A DNA stretch of 64,000 nucleotides from Octopus sinensis (Eukaryota): positions 25,605,360 through 25,669,359 of the forward strand of contig NC_043019.1 of assembly GCF_006345805.1 (NCBI RefSeq). The letters are read 5' to 3'. The position numbers and the translations under genes were made by a program. The notes beneath the pieces are model-generated. The model ran no database searches, was not told where the DNA came from, and was given only the letters and a program-made list of their open reading frames with translations. Numbering within the stretch: the first letter of the stretch is position 1; every line of letters starts with the position of its first letter. Of the stretch, positions 12,621 to 25,900 are shown one piece after another.

Positions 12621-13152
12621 ACGTGTTAATGTTGACCGAGCGTTGCACGCAATATCGACGTACTCGCATCGAGACGAAGCGGACAATTCTCCCAGCTTAC
12701 TAAACACTGCGTGCAGAAAGAAAGTCAGATATTTGAACCGTTATTTGCCGTCAGCCATTCAACAATTTCTCGAGTAATTAACCATGCTCGGTAGGAGCAC
12801 GGTCAATAGTTGATGTAGGAGTAGACCGTGTCGGTGATGAGAAATTGAGAGTAGCTGTCTATGTACCACCTACTGCGATCTACACCTCTTCCACATACCG
12901 GTCACGGAGATCAGTGCATGTCAGGGAGATCACGAGGAATTGATCGCTGGCGTGGTGGTGAAACGCGGAGGAACTTTAACCGTGATCGAAGGAAATCAAG
13001 TAGAAACGATATGATTGATCGGCGTAAGAGGCATTGTGGTTAAGCGGAGAAACCTTAGAATTTAACAAGATTAGGAGTTACGTGTGATGTGGCGAGGTTA
13101 CACGCGATTGTTAAATTGTGGTATGATGCTTTCTTTCATATATATAATAATC

Positions 13153-13189
<37 letters not shown>

Positions 13190-13192
13190 TTA

Positions 13193-13310
13193 TTTATAGA
13201 AGGAGCTTCTACAGGACTCAGAACTGTTCATTCAAAAGAAATCATCAGGAAGCTCCTGATGATTCTTTTGAATGAAACAGTTCTAGTCCTGTAGAAGCTC
13301 CTTCTATAAA
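13193..13310. mobile_element. Near-perfect hairpin, inverted Penelope-like pLTR with degenerate hammerhead core
   Basis: Arms 13193-13250 and 13254-13310 around a 3-nt loop; CTGATGA at 13256, GAAAC at 13274. Confidence 0.7.
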
Positions 13311-13450
13311 ATAAATTAATTTACTCTGCTATGTATTCAGTACCTTATTTACTGTGGTTAACCCCGACTCAACCCGGGACCTACATATATATATATATAT
13401 ATATATATATGATAAATCTTCGAGCGAGAATTAAACAGTAGCAGCACGAC

Positions 13451-13598
13451 ATCATGAAGTATATTTGCCACCTAAATATGGCTAACCCTTAAGGGTCGAA
13501 GCTACTGTAGCGTGTAGATGTCTTCCTAGGGCTACAAGCTACAGTAGCATCTACCCTTAAGGGTTAACCATATTTAGGTGACAAATATACTTCATGAT
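13451..13598. repeat. Foldback inverted repeat, 67-bp arms with 5 mismatches, 14-nt spacer
   Basis: 13451-13517 versus reverse complement of 13532-13598, aligned by eye. Confidence 0.9.
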
Positions 13599-13801
13599 AT
13601 ATATGTGTGCGTATATGTATAAGAATTTAGCTATTTCTTCTACTTTAAGAAGAGTCTCCCAGATAATGTATACTCACACATACACACACAGACAACACAC
13701 ACACACACACACACATATAAATATATGGATTCTGAGGACATTCAGAACCAGGAAAAAGGAAGGCCCTGCAACCCCTCTGGGGGACTTTTGTTCTCAGCAG
13801 C

Positions 13802-14244
13802 TTGGACTACTGCTCTCAGCTATGGTTCCCAGAGAGTATTAAACAAACTGCGGAACACTCGAAGCAATCCAGCGCCAATACACAAAGAAGACTGACTTGA
13901 TGTAAAAGATGGGCTACTGAGAGAGACGAGAGAGATATGCGGTAATATATATTTGGAAGATCTTAGCGGGTTTAGCTCCCAAATTTGGATTTGACAGTTA
14001 TACTCACCCTCGAACTGGACGGCACAGCATCACACCAAAGATCCCGTCTTCTCCATCTAAAATAAGGACATATTACTGCAATAGACTGGGTTTCAAAGGC
14101 CCGCAATTGTTCATCATCCTTCCAGGCAACCTTAGAGATCTAAATGATGCTGATGTGGAAGTTTTCAAGGACCGTCTGGACAATTTTCTATCTGAGATAC
14201 CAGATGAACTCACATTGCAGCAGGAGACGCAAAGAGCAGCTCCG
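13802..14244 (+). mobile_element. CR1-group LINE, decayed ORF2 C-terminal region
   Basis: LDYCSQLW..LEAIQRQYTK..RERYAVIYIWKIL..GPQLFIILPGNLRDL..FKDRLDNFLSEIPD across frameshifts. Confidence 0.85.
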
Positions 14245-14269
14245 TCTCGCTACTTTACCAAAAACAATA

Positions 14270-14724
14270 TCTATTTCTTTACTACCCACAAGGGGCTAAA
14301 CACAGAGGGTACAAACAAGGACAGACAAACGGATTAAGTCGAGTACATCGGTTCCCCAGTGCGTAACTGGTACTTAATTTATCGACCCCGAAAGGATGAA
14401 AGGCAAAGTCGACCTCGGCGGAATTTGAACTCGAAACGTAACGGCAGACGAAATACGGCTACGCATTTCGCCCGGCGTGCTAACGTTTCTTTTTTATTTA
14501 TTGCCCACAAGGGGCTAAACACAGAGGGTACAAACAAGTTACAGACAAACGGATTAAGTCGAGTACATCGGTCCCCAGTGCGTAACTGGTACTTAATTTA
14601 TTGACCCCGAAAGGATGAAAGGCAAAGTCGACCTCGGCGGAATTTGAACTCGAAACGTAACGGCAGACGAAATACGGCCACGCATTTCGCCCGGCGTGCT
14701 ACCGTTTCTGCCAGCTCTTCGCCT
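14270..14724 (-). mobile_element. SINE family M dimer with 16-bp target-site duplication
   Basis: TTTACCAAAAACAATA at 14254-14269 and 14725-14740; two units share private variants. Confidence 0.92.
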
Positions 14725-14808
14725 TTTACCAAAAACAATACCGGAACCAACACCGAGTTACTACTACAGGTGGTGCTCCAGCATGACCTCAGTCCCGAGA
14801 TGAAACCA

Positions 14809-15225
14809 GTTCAGTCCATTTTCACTGAAGATTTGGATATGAGACGCGTGTCTGCCAAGTTTGTGCCAAAACTGCTTTCAGTTGACCAAAAAGACAGTCG
14901 GGTTTCTGTTGCACAAAAGCTTGTTGTGTCGAGAACGGTGAAAGTTTTTTGAAAACTTTGCGTAGGCCTCTGAGTAGGTATCGTGAAGCTTTTGGCAAAA
15001 TTTGATGCAGATCCTCTGCTCAACTTTTTCTGTCATAATCAATGAGAGAATCACACGTTACACACCTTCCTTCCAAGCACTGCTGTAAACAGCGGAAGCT
15101 AGCTACATCATTGAAACTTAGTGCGCATGCACAGCAGAGTTCAAGATCAATGTGGGCTCAGCAGCATCACTCTGCGTGCTTCGTTACTATAGCAACAGTC
15201 CGGATACTTATTGATCAGGCTAGTA
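14809..15225 (+). mobile_element. mariner transposon deletion derivative with right TIR
   Basis: VQSIFTEDLDMRRVSAKFVPKLLSVDQKDSRVSVAQKL mariner motif; ends AGTCCGGATACTTATTGATCAGGCTAG|TA. Confidence 0.85.
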
Positions 15226-15333
15226 CATAGATAGAAAGATAGATAGAAAGAAAGATAGATAGATATAGATAGATAGGCAGACAGATAGCGAGGTAGATAG
15301 ATAGATAAACAGACAGATAGCGAGGTAGATAGG

Positions 15334-15421
<88 letters not shown>

Positions 15422-15656
15422 GGCAATACTTAGCTAACTACACATACACGCACACACACACACACACACTCATATATATCTATATACATATATAACTTGC
15501 TTTTGATACGTGGAGATTTGATACAAACAATATTTTCCCTCTTATGACAGCTGTCTAAATGGGTTATAAAATGATAGGGTTTCATGTGCCTGTGAGATTT
15601 AACGAATAGATGTTACGATCAATTCTGAATTCATCATATACCAATTTTCAATTTGT

Positions 15657-15699
<43 letters not shown>

Positions 15700-15879
15700 A
15701 CATATATATATATATCAGTGTTTCGATATATCATAGTGTTTGAAACATCAAAGACACACTGATGTCATTTACATCAAAAGTTCGCAACTAAGCAATTATA
15801 AAAGTTTTTCGTCGTTATTTGAAGAGGTTTGGGAATAAATAATTAGCCGGGTCTCGTAGGAAAGTGATTTGTCATGGGA

Positions 15880-16594
15880 GTGAGAGCGGAAGAGAGAGAG
15901 AAGAGAGAGAGAAAGGGAGAGAGATAGACTGTTAAAAGGGAAGAGCGAAAGGGAGAGAGTGAAACAGTGAAGGGGAAGAGAGAAAACGGTGAGTGTGTAT
16001 CAGAGTGAGAGAGAGAGAGAGAGAGACTGAGAGTGAGTGTGAGAGAAGAGAAGGATGAGAGAGAGAGGGGGAGGGAGAGAGATAAGGTAAGACAAAGGAT
16101 GAGAAAAATAGATTGAGTGAGAAAGAAAGAGATGTGTGACTCAAATTCAAAGACTGGTTTTATGAATCGAAGGACAACCGAACACATGACAGGCAAGTAT
16201 ATAAACAGGAAAGAGGACGGACCAATTAAGATGAGAGAGAGATAGAGACGAGAGAGAGACGGTGAGGGAGAGAGGGAGGGGAGAGAGGGAGGGGAGAGAG
16301 GGGGAGAGAGTGACAAATGTGACAGTAAGAAAGAGAAAGAACAACACAAAGAGAATGGAGAGAAAGACGGAGAGGGAGAGAGGAGAGAGGGAGGGAAAGA
16401 GAGGGAAGGGAGAGAGAAGGGGAGAGAGGGAAAGAGACAGAAAGATAGAGAGAACAACACAGAGAGAATGAAAGAGAGAGAGGGAAGAGAGGGAAAGAGA
16501 TGGAAGGAGGGGAGAGAGAGAGGCAAAGAGACAGACAGACAGAGAGAACAACACAGAGAGATGAAAGAGAGAGCGAGAGAAGTAGGGAGAGGAA

Positions 16595-16640
<46 letters not shown>

Positions 16641-16825
16641 CAGAGAGAAAGAGACAGAGACACAGAGAGAAAGAGACAGAGACACAGAGAGAAAGAGCCA
16701 AAGGGACAGACAGAGAGAGAGAGAGAGAGAGAACAACACAGAGAGAATGAAGAGAGAGAGAGAGGGGGAGAAAGAGGGAGAGAGAGCGACACAGAGACAA
16801 TGAAGAGAGAGAGAGAGAGAGATTT
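15880..16825. repeat. Degenerate polypurine (GA)n tract with recurring gagaacaacacagagagaatgaa units
   Basis: Direct reading; unit recurs near 16340, 16450, 16545, 16730. Confidence 0.9.
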
Positions 16826-17803
16826 ATTAGCGAACAGTATGGCGACAAAGTACCAATTAACGACTCACTGAACAAATTAAAGTACATTAACGGTAGAGAA
16901 AGAACAGCTTAATGAATCAACGAGGGAACCTCTCTATGGTCGTTTAATGTGTTAGAAATACCAATCAAGTTTGCCTCAAATTACATCGTAGTGTCTTAAA
17001 ATATGGGGGTATCATTTGATAATGTAGTCCCAGATAAACTATGTTCCAGAACTATTCTGGATGATCATGGTTGGAAACTCAGGACAGGACTTGGAGTTAT
17101 CTTCCTTTTTCATTATCATAATCATCGATATTGTAGTCTTCAGCCTCCTCCTCATCATCATCATCGTGGTCGTCGTCGTCGTTGTCTCATCACCGCCGCC
17201 GCCACCACTACCACCGTCTCCACCGTCGTCGTCATTATCAACAACAAAAGTAGCTACAACCGCAAATACACACCTGAAGTGGCTCGTGGGGACAGGAATA
17301 AGTCAATAGCTCAGCTAAAAATAGCAGCTAAATTTCCTTGAAAATCATAACCTACCGTCTTCCACACGTTACACCTCTACACACACACACACAAACACAC
17401 ACACACTGTTTTACCCTATTGTCCTATGACTACCATTACTGCCCTTCCTTCTCCCAGTTAGTTACTGGCATAGACTCTCCGTGACCCCTCCCACCCAACA
17501 AAACACAAATGTTAAAGTAAAACGACTCACATAGTTTGTTGTGTCTTGAGCGGGTTATTACGCCAATGATTCTAAACACACGCACTGATTCAATATCACT
17601 TGTTTATTGTTAGTTAATCGGTTAAACATCTAAGCAAGTAACTAACTAATCGATTGCTTTCGTCGCTATTCGCGACCAGACGCAGAGGGACCGCCTACAG
17701 GGTGGACACTGACCTTTGCCTTCAGACATCCATCACATAAAAGCCAATTTGGATCCGGTTGGTTGGGTAGTTAAGAATTTTATTTGAAAACCATGGGGTC
17801 TCT

Positions 17804-18068
17804 GGTGAAGGCACATGGACCTAGTTGCTCAGGGGTTGGACTCATCATCGTAAGATTGTCGATTCAATTCCTGGACCGGGTGACAAGTTGTATTCTTGAG
17901 CAAGTCACTTCATTTCACATTCCTCCAGTTCACTCGGCTGCCAAAAATGAGTAACCCTGCGACGGATTGGCATCCTGTCCAGGAAGGGAATTTGCAAGTC
18001 ATGGAAACCGGGGAACTGGCCCTTATGAGTCAGCATGATTCGAAAAGGTAACCTTTACCTTTCCTTTT
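17804..18068 (+). mobile_element. tRNA-derived SINE (body Y + tail T2), ACCTTT-type tail
   Basis: ggcacatggacctagttg.. head, cttgagcaagtcacttcatttcac body, ccctgcgacggattggcatcctgtccagg..ggcccttatgag tail. Confidence 0.8.
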
Positions 18069-18123
18069 ATGGGGTCCCTGCTTCTACTCCGCAGTGAAGC
18101 ATCTTCGATAAACGTCTTTTCAA

Positions 18124-18763
18124 TATTGGTTTTAAATTTTGGCACAAGATCAGCAGATTCGGGGCAAGGGGTCAAGTCGACTACATCCACCCCTACCAGC
18201 GCTCAACTGATACTTGTTTTATCGACCCCGAAAGGATGAAAGGCAAAGACGACCACAGGGGAATTTGAACTCAAAACGTAAAGACGGACGTACGAAATCC
18301 GCTAAATATTTATTTCTTTATTGCGCAGAGGGGGCTAAATTAGAGGGGGCAAACAAGGACAGACAGAGGGAATAATGTGGTTATACCGACCCCAGTGCGT
18401 AATTGTTACTTATTTGATCGACCCCGAAATAATTAAAGGCAAAGTCGACCGCAGCGGAATTTGAACTCAGAACGTAAAACGGACGGACGAAATACCGCTA
18501 AATATTTTACCCGGTGCGTTGACGAGTTTGCCAGCTCACCGTCCTTAAACGTCTTCTAATACTGATTCCAAATTTTGGCACAAAGCCAGCAAGTTCGCGT
18601 AAGGGGCTAAGTCGGTTAAACCGACGTTGGTCCTGGTTTGATCGACCTTGGAAGGATGACAAAGTCGACCTCGGCGGAATTTGAACTCTGAATGTGAGGA
18701 CAAACGAAATGCCGCTAAGCATTTCGCTCTGTGTGCAACCAATTCTGCCAGCTCGCTGCCTTT
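18124..18763 (-). mobile_element. Cluster of three SINE family M copies
   Basis: Three ggcaaag(t/a)cgacc..gaatttgaactc units. Confidence 0.88.
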
Positions 18764-19095
18764 AACCGTCTTTTAATATTGTCTCGAGCTGACCCATGGA
18801 TTGAACTCCAAAATTGGTAAAGGCGAGTTAAATCGAAAATGAATTTTGTTGCCAGTAAAGATGCGACATAAAAGATATAAAACCAGAATCAAGAAATAAA
18901 GAATATTTTGTGAATTTGTAGTGTTCCAATGCATTTCGTTTTGAGTTTAAAGTGTAAAAATATATTTTTGTTTAATAAATATGAAATGAAGAGCGTTAAA
19001 ATAAGAACCATAAAGCAAAGTACAAAATAATAAAAACCGTTAAAAATTAATGACTTTTAACATTGACGATGTAAATAGCTAATATATATACATTC

Positions 19096-19183
<88 letters not shown>

Positions 19184-19222
19184 TATTATATATATAGATA
19201 TATATATATTATATCATATATA

Positions 19223-19258
<36 letters not shown>

Positions 19259-20055
19259 TGTATGTAGTATGTATGTATGTTTGTAGGTATGTATATATTG
19301 TAAGTTAAAGTATAAAATCAGTTAAAACAATGAACACTCATGAAAGAAGGAAAAGTGGTATATAAAGAATAAAAATATTGACTTAATATATTTTATATGA
19401 TTATAAACTAATTTTGTGAAGCTCGGCAAAGATTAATGTTTGAAGTTTCTTCGTGCACTGAATAAATCGTTCATTATTCAACGTGAGTTTCAGGATGAGC
19501 AAAAACTAGAAGAGATGATTAATCAATCATGAAGCTTAATAAAAACATCTAAATTAAATATGATAATAATAATGAGAATAATAATAATAATAATAAATAA
19601 ATGTATTTAGCTGAAAGTATGAAGATGAAAAATGGCGGCAGAAGTGAGTGTATATAACGTGTGGATGTTATAGATAAAACTTTTCTAAAATTTACACCGT
19701 AGTGTCGAGTGATGTTCGGATGAGATTTTCACGAGGGCCTTGAAAGTAATTGTTTCTCGGTGAGGCAAGAAGGTTTGATATTTTGAGGGGAGGGATGTTA
19801 AGAAATTTAAATCAATTCCAATGCTTGAATGATATTTTATATTATCGATCTGCGTAGAATGTAAGGCTAAGTTGACCTCTGCAGGATTTGAGCTCAAGAA
19901 ATTAATGAACTAGAACAAATCCCTTTTTTTTTTAGCATCATCATTTCTGCCAATAAGTTGCTCCTTGACATTGAAATAATAAACATTAATAAATCGGTAA
20001 CTTATATCCGCTAAACGTCTTATAAATATTAATGATTCTGGCATAGTAGTAGTAA

Positions 20056-20133
<78 letters not shown>

Positions 20134-20447
20134 TAGTAGTAAACATCAGCAAAAATACCTTAGGAATGAGAAGCCAGTGTTGGGTTCAAAATTCTACCAG
20201 GACACTTGATGAAGACTTCCGTATATTTCTAGTGACAGTGTGTGGCCAGTTTATGATGGTGTGAAGCAGGGTCACTTTAAAACTGACCAATACATTGTTA
20301 ATTGCATTGTCAATCTTTAGAACCGTCTTTAAATGTACACCATTGACAAAATCTCTAATAGATGCCATCCGATCCATAGAGAAAGAAGGAGGAAGAGATA
20401 AAGAGAGATAAAGAGAGAGAGACAGAGAGAGATAAAGATAGAGATAG

Positions 20448-20487
<40 letters not shown>

Positions 20488-21375
20488 GTAGGGAGAGAGA
20501 GAGAGAGAGAATATGTAGTAAGTGCATGTGATTGCACGTATTTCTTTATGCTTCTTAATAAGAGGACGGACAGCGGGAGGAATCTTCAGAGGAAGGAATG
20601 CCGTCCAGCAAATGTTTCGGCTTGTTGGTTTCCGATACCCTAGGGCCACCTAATTCAATACTCCAACTGTTTTCGAAATGCTACCGGTTGTGGGCCTTGA
20701 AATTGAAAACCTGCAGGGGATCTTATTTCCATGAATTGTAATGTATGCCGATTCTGTGACGACGACCACTGAAAAAAAAAAAAAACTTCCAGTGTGAATC
20801 TAATTAAATCTGGGTTTTCCTCCAACTATTCTTTACTTAAAGCATTTGGTATCTTTTTTTCTGCTCCAGCAATCATTTCGCTCCGCCCATAGCCACATAC
20901 GGCTCTGGCGGACGTTTCATCATAGCTGTTCTTCCGAGATCTTTGGTTCAGATCTGACCTAATACTTAAATTTAGCAGGTGGAAAGAGAAGTGTGTAAAC
21001 CTATTCCAAATCAGTCACACATACTCACAATTTATCGTCTGCTATATGTGTTTAAAGGGTGTGTGTTGTGTTGTGTTGGTTGTACAAAGCAATCGGTGTG
21101 TTTGTAATGGTTACAGATTGATAGAGAAATTTAAATATGTCTGTCATCAAATACTCTGTTTCATACACAGCTTCATTCGTACCAAATATCAAATAGTGTA
21201 TTTACAAAATCTGTAAATTTCCTGTCCTAAAATGTATGTAAATATATATTTATCAGACATATATTGAGTTGAAAAAAGTGTTGAATCGTATCTTAAATAC
21301 AACAAACTTATGGCACGTAGGTTTTTGTTTTTACTAAATTGACAAGTAGGTTTTTTTTCACTGTCTATTCAACAA

Positions 21376-21940
21376 TTAATCCTTTACCATTCAGATTACT
21401 CTGTCAAATGTAATGTCTCTTTATTCACCTTATTTTGAATTAATCATGCATTATCTCATGGCTTTTTAGTAGAGTACAGACCTGACTAAAACATGCCACG
21501 AACACCTTATCAACATGTCAGAACCCCAACTGATAAGAAATATTACCCTTTAGCATTCAGATTACTCTGTCAAATCTTCTTCATCCACATTGTCTTGAAT
21601 CGATCATGCATTATCTCGCAGCTTCGAGATTTCATTGATGTGATTGCATATTTTTAGAATGGCGTCGAAGAGCAGAAGTGAGAAGCTGAATTTGGTCAGG
21701 TTTAACATAAAGCAGGTGGAAAATTCGGAGCTGGATATGACAGGCTTAAATGCCTTTAACAATCAGATTATTGAATCAAACGTATCGCTTATTTATTTCC
21801 ATTGCTTTGAATTAACCATGCATTATCTCTTAGCTTCGAGATTTGATGATGAAATTGGTTATTTCTAGAATGACATTGTATGTAGGTATGAGAGACTGGA
21901 TTGATTCAGCTGCTTTGAACACAAAACAAGAATAATTTGT
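21376..21940 (+). mobile_element. Three tandem decayed copies of a piggyBac-like (TTAA-CCCT-ended) MITE
   Basis: Repeated (tta)ccctttagcattcagattactctgtcaaa..catgcattatctc..gagattt..tagaatg units at about 21376, 21543 and 21760. Confidence 0.65.
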
Positions 21941-22169
21941 AGATCAAATAGAGTTAAACTCCTCAGTAATTCGTTTGATAATTTTAGTCATAGGAAATAT
22001 ATGTCTAAAAACTATAAGCTATCAGCATTAGACCGTAATAGTTTCGATGAAACTGTCTTCCATTCAACGTCTGATTCACTTCTGAATGTTGGCAGGTTGA
22101 TGAAGTCCAATTTTGGTGATCAGTGAATACACTTCACTGAAAATATATATATATATATATTTTACAAAG

Positions 22170-22405
22170 TCTAGACAGGTATCTTCAGCTGCAGGCCATG
22201 CTACTCCAGACTGATGACAAGCAAGACTCAGAAACATGTCTATGGATGCAGGCCTAGCTTTTGGGGGTGCTTGTCTCCCCTTTGTAAACATAAGGACACA
22301 GGAATTGTGTCAAGGCCGACAAGAAGCATTGATGCTTCCAAGGGCTAAATAGCGGTGGTGTGATTCCCTTTATGTGATTGCCACGTTAAGTTGACAGTAT
22401 ACAAC
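22170..22405 (+). mobile_element. Penelope-like terminal repeat with hammerhead-like core (same family as 55061-55290)
   Basis: TCCAGA-CTGATGA-13nt-GAAACATGTC-TATGGA at 22205-22246; downstream ggacacagg..tgtgtca..gctaa..tgattgcca aligns to the 55 kb arm. Confidence 0.6.
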
Positions 22406-22538
22406 TGCTCTCTCTCTCTCTCTCCCCCTCTCTCTCTCTGTTCTTGTCCCAGTTTGTATTTTTTACATATCCGTATATATATATATATATATATATAGCC
22501 CATCTAACTAGTTAGGTATCTGTATATGTATACACATA

Positions 22539-22740
22539 CTTTTATTCTTTTATTTGTTTCAGCCATTTGACTGTGGCCATGCTGGAGCAACGCATTTAGT
22601 CAAAAAAATCGACCCCAGGACGTTTTCACTGTAGGCCTAGTACTTATTCTATCGGTGTCTTTTGCTAAACCCATCAGTTACGGGGACGTAAACACACCAA
22701 CATCGGTTGTCAAGTGATGGTGAGCAGGACAAAGACACAA
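22539..22740 (-). mobile_element. SINE family O, 3' tail
   Basis: ttgtttcagccatttgactgtggccatgctggagc..cggggacgtaaacacacc. Confidence 0.9.
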
Positions 22741-23569
22741 ACATATACATATATACATATATGTATGCATACATACATATATATATATTACATATTTTAT
22801 ATGTATATATGTATATATATATATATATGTGTGTATAAATATACATACATATGTACACAGATATACGCACGCGCACACACACACACATATATATATATAT
22901 TATATATACATATATACTTTCATAAGTATATGCATAAGCAGACACACACATATATATATATACATACATGCACACACATACACACACAAACAATTACGTG
23001 TTCAGGCGTCTGTGTATGTCTGTGTGTGTGTGTGTGTGTGTGTGGTGAGTGTGTGTGTGTGTGTGTGCGTTTGTGTGTGTAACGATATATATGTGCATAG
23101 TTAAATTCGATGTGAAGTAAACTGTAGGTTGGTATATATATATACATATGTAACAATATCTACCATTTCTATGGCTTCCTTTTTCAGGAAGAGAAGCGAC
23201 AATAAATGGCGTCTCAAAGAAACCTTTCCCCAACCACACGCACACACACACACACACACACTACACTCACACAAACATGCACACATACTCACACACGTGC
23301 ACACACACAGATACACAGTGGCTAATACATTCACATATATATATATATGCAGAAATATGAGTGTGTGTGTGTGTCTGAGAATATATACATACGTATCCAT
23401 ATATATGTACACACACACACACACATACACAAACGCAAACACGCGCGCGCACACATCAAGGCTATATCAAAAATCAATACTTTAATATTTCTAAAGTTTT
23501 TTTTTTCTTCTCTTCCTTGGTTTTTCTCTACCACCATTATGACGAGATACGATTACGAAATGAAACGAA

Positions 23570-23593
23570 TAAATAATAATAATAATAATGATA

Positions 23594-23633
<40 letters not shown>

Positions 23634-23679
23634 TATAATAATAATAATAATATAAAATAATAATAATAATAATAATAAT

Positions 23680-23770
<91 letters not shown>

Positions 23771-23772
23771 TT

Positions 23773-23820
<48 letters not shown>

Positions 23821-23880
23821 TATATAATAATAATATAATAATAAAATATAAATAATAATAATATAATAATAATAATGTAG
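23570..23880. repeat. (AAT)n microsatellite
   Basis: Direct reading. Confidence 0.95.
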
Positions 23881-24349
23881 AATCGGGTATTCGATGGAAA
23901 AACCTATATATGTATGAAAGTATGAAAGACATGTGTTGTATTCTATAGTAATTGCAAAAATCTTTCATCAAATCACTTATGTTGGCAGATAAAGGAATAA
24001 CTATTCCATCTGTTTACAGTTTTAGATTTCTTCAATTTTTGGTTTCAAGCAATGAAGGGAAGTGAGTCGGTAGGGGGGGGGTTTGTACAGTAGGGAATAG
24101 AAAGCTGCCGCGGGTACGATGAATCGGAATGGGAGGAGGAAGGGGAGGAAGAGGAAGTAGAGGAGGGAAAGGTTTTGTGAGAAAGAAACGTAGATAGATA
24201 GATAGATAGACAGAAAGACAGGCAAACAGACAGAGAGACAGACAGACAGACAGACGGCTAGATACATAGAAAGATAGATTGATAGATAAATAGATAGACA
24301 GAAAGACAGGCAAACAGACAGAGAGACAGACAGATAGACAGCTAGCTAG

Positions 24350-24358
24350 CTAGCTAGC

Positions 24359-24440
<82 letters not shown>

Positions 24441-24441
24441 T

Positions 24442-24498
<57 letters not shown>

Positions 24499-24534
24499 CA
24501 GATAGATAGTAAATAAATATATATATATATAAGC

Positions 24535-24589
<55 letters not shown>

Positions 24590-24675
24590 ATAGATAAATA
24601 TATATATATATATTATATATATATATATTAATGTATATATATATATATATAATATATATATAGATAGATAGATAG

Positions 24676-24738
<63 letters not shown>

Positions 24739-24760
24739 GTAGATAGATAGATAGATAGAT
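24350..24760. repeat. (GATA)n tracts with (TA)n interruptions
   Basis: Direct reading. Confidence 0.95.
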
Positions 24761-24974
24761 AAAACATGATTACACATAATCAACGGATGGAGACAGACTG
24801 AACTACGGAAGGAGGAATGGAACAGCTTTCGAAAATATGATTGAATGGATAACATGATACATTATCATGAATAATAGATATAACACCAGCACCACCACCA
24901 ACAACAACAACAGCAACCGCAACAACAATGATGATAATAATAATATTAATAATGATATTATCATTATTATATTA

Positions 24975-25011
<37 letters not shown>

Positions 25012-25052
25012 AATAATAATAATATAATAATAATAAAATAATAATAAAAATA

Positions 25053-25111
<59 letters not shown>

Positions 25112-25435
25112 TGAGTATTTTTTCGTGAATTCATTGGGAAAATAGAAATGTGTACAATATGTCTATGGATTGTACGTACATACATACATAGACACATATG
25201 GAAAGAGAGAGCGAGAGGTTGAGGAAGACATAGGGAGAGAGAGAGAGAGGGAGAGAGGGAAAGAGGGAGAAAGACAGACGGAGAGGGACATACGCAATGC
25301 AATATAAATAATTCTATGCATTTCAGAACGAAAAGATGAAATGATTGGAAATACAAATTTGAAATTAGTTACATGTGAAAAGAACTCCTCTCTCATACAC
25401 GTGCATACGTATATACACATTACTATGTATACAGA

Positions 25436-25795
25436 GTGGAGGCGCAATGGTCCAACTGTTAGGGCAGTGGACTCGTGGTCGTAAGACCGTGGTTTCGACT
25501 CCCAGACCGGGCATTGTGAGTGTTTATTGAGCGAAAACATCTAAAGCCCCACGTGGCCCCGCCCGGGGGTTAATGGCAAACCCTGCTGCACTCTTTCACC
25601 ACATCTTTCTCTTACCCTTTTTTCTCTGTTTCTGCTGTGCCTCTATTTAAAAGGGCAAGCCTTGTCACACTCTACGTCACGCTGAATCTCCCCGAGAATT
25701 ACGTTAGGGGGGTACACGTGTCTGTGGAGTGCTCAGCCACTTGCACGTTAATTTCACGAGCAGGCTGTTCCGCTGATCGGATCAACTGAAACCAC
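25436..25795 (+). mobile_element. tRNA-derived SINE (body X + tail T1), near full length
   Basis: ggaggcgcaatggtcc..ggtttcgactccc head; gagcgaaaacatctaaag..ctctttcaccacatc body; ctgaatctccccgagaattacg..gatcggatcaac tail. Confidence 0.88.
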
Positions 25796-25801
25796 GATTT
25801 A

Positions 25802-25900
25802 TACAGTAATCCCTCGACTATCGCGGGTGTTACGTTCCAACCCCGCACCCCACCACGCGATAAGGGAAAATCCGCGAAGTAGAAACTGTATTGTACATTT
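25802..25900 (+). mobile_element. Tigger/pogo-like DNA transposon left end
   Basis: TA|CAGTAATCCCTCGACTATCGCGGG resembles Tigger-family TIRs; no right TIR seen. Confidence 0.6.

Noticed and set aside
20230-20290. GVKQG RT-like motif
   Set aside because: Isolated pentapeptide between stops with no flanking RT motifs
20630-20786. Minus-strand poly(T)-CAG acceptor at 20769
   Set aside because: All three frames stop within 40 codons; no convincing donor or recognisable peptide
25436-25510. tRNA-like sequences with A and B boxes (also 3150-3220, 54930-54998, 63069-63140)
   Set aside because: SINE heads without a complete cloverleaf or acceptor stem; not tRNA genes
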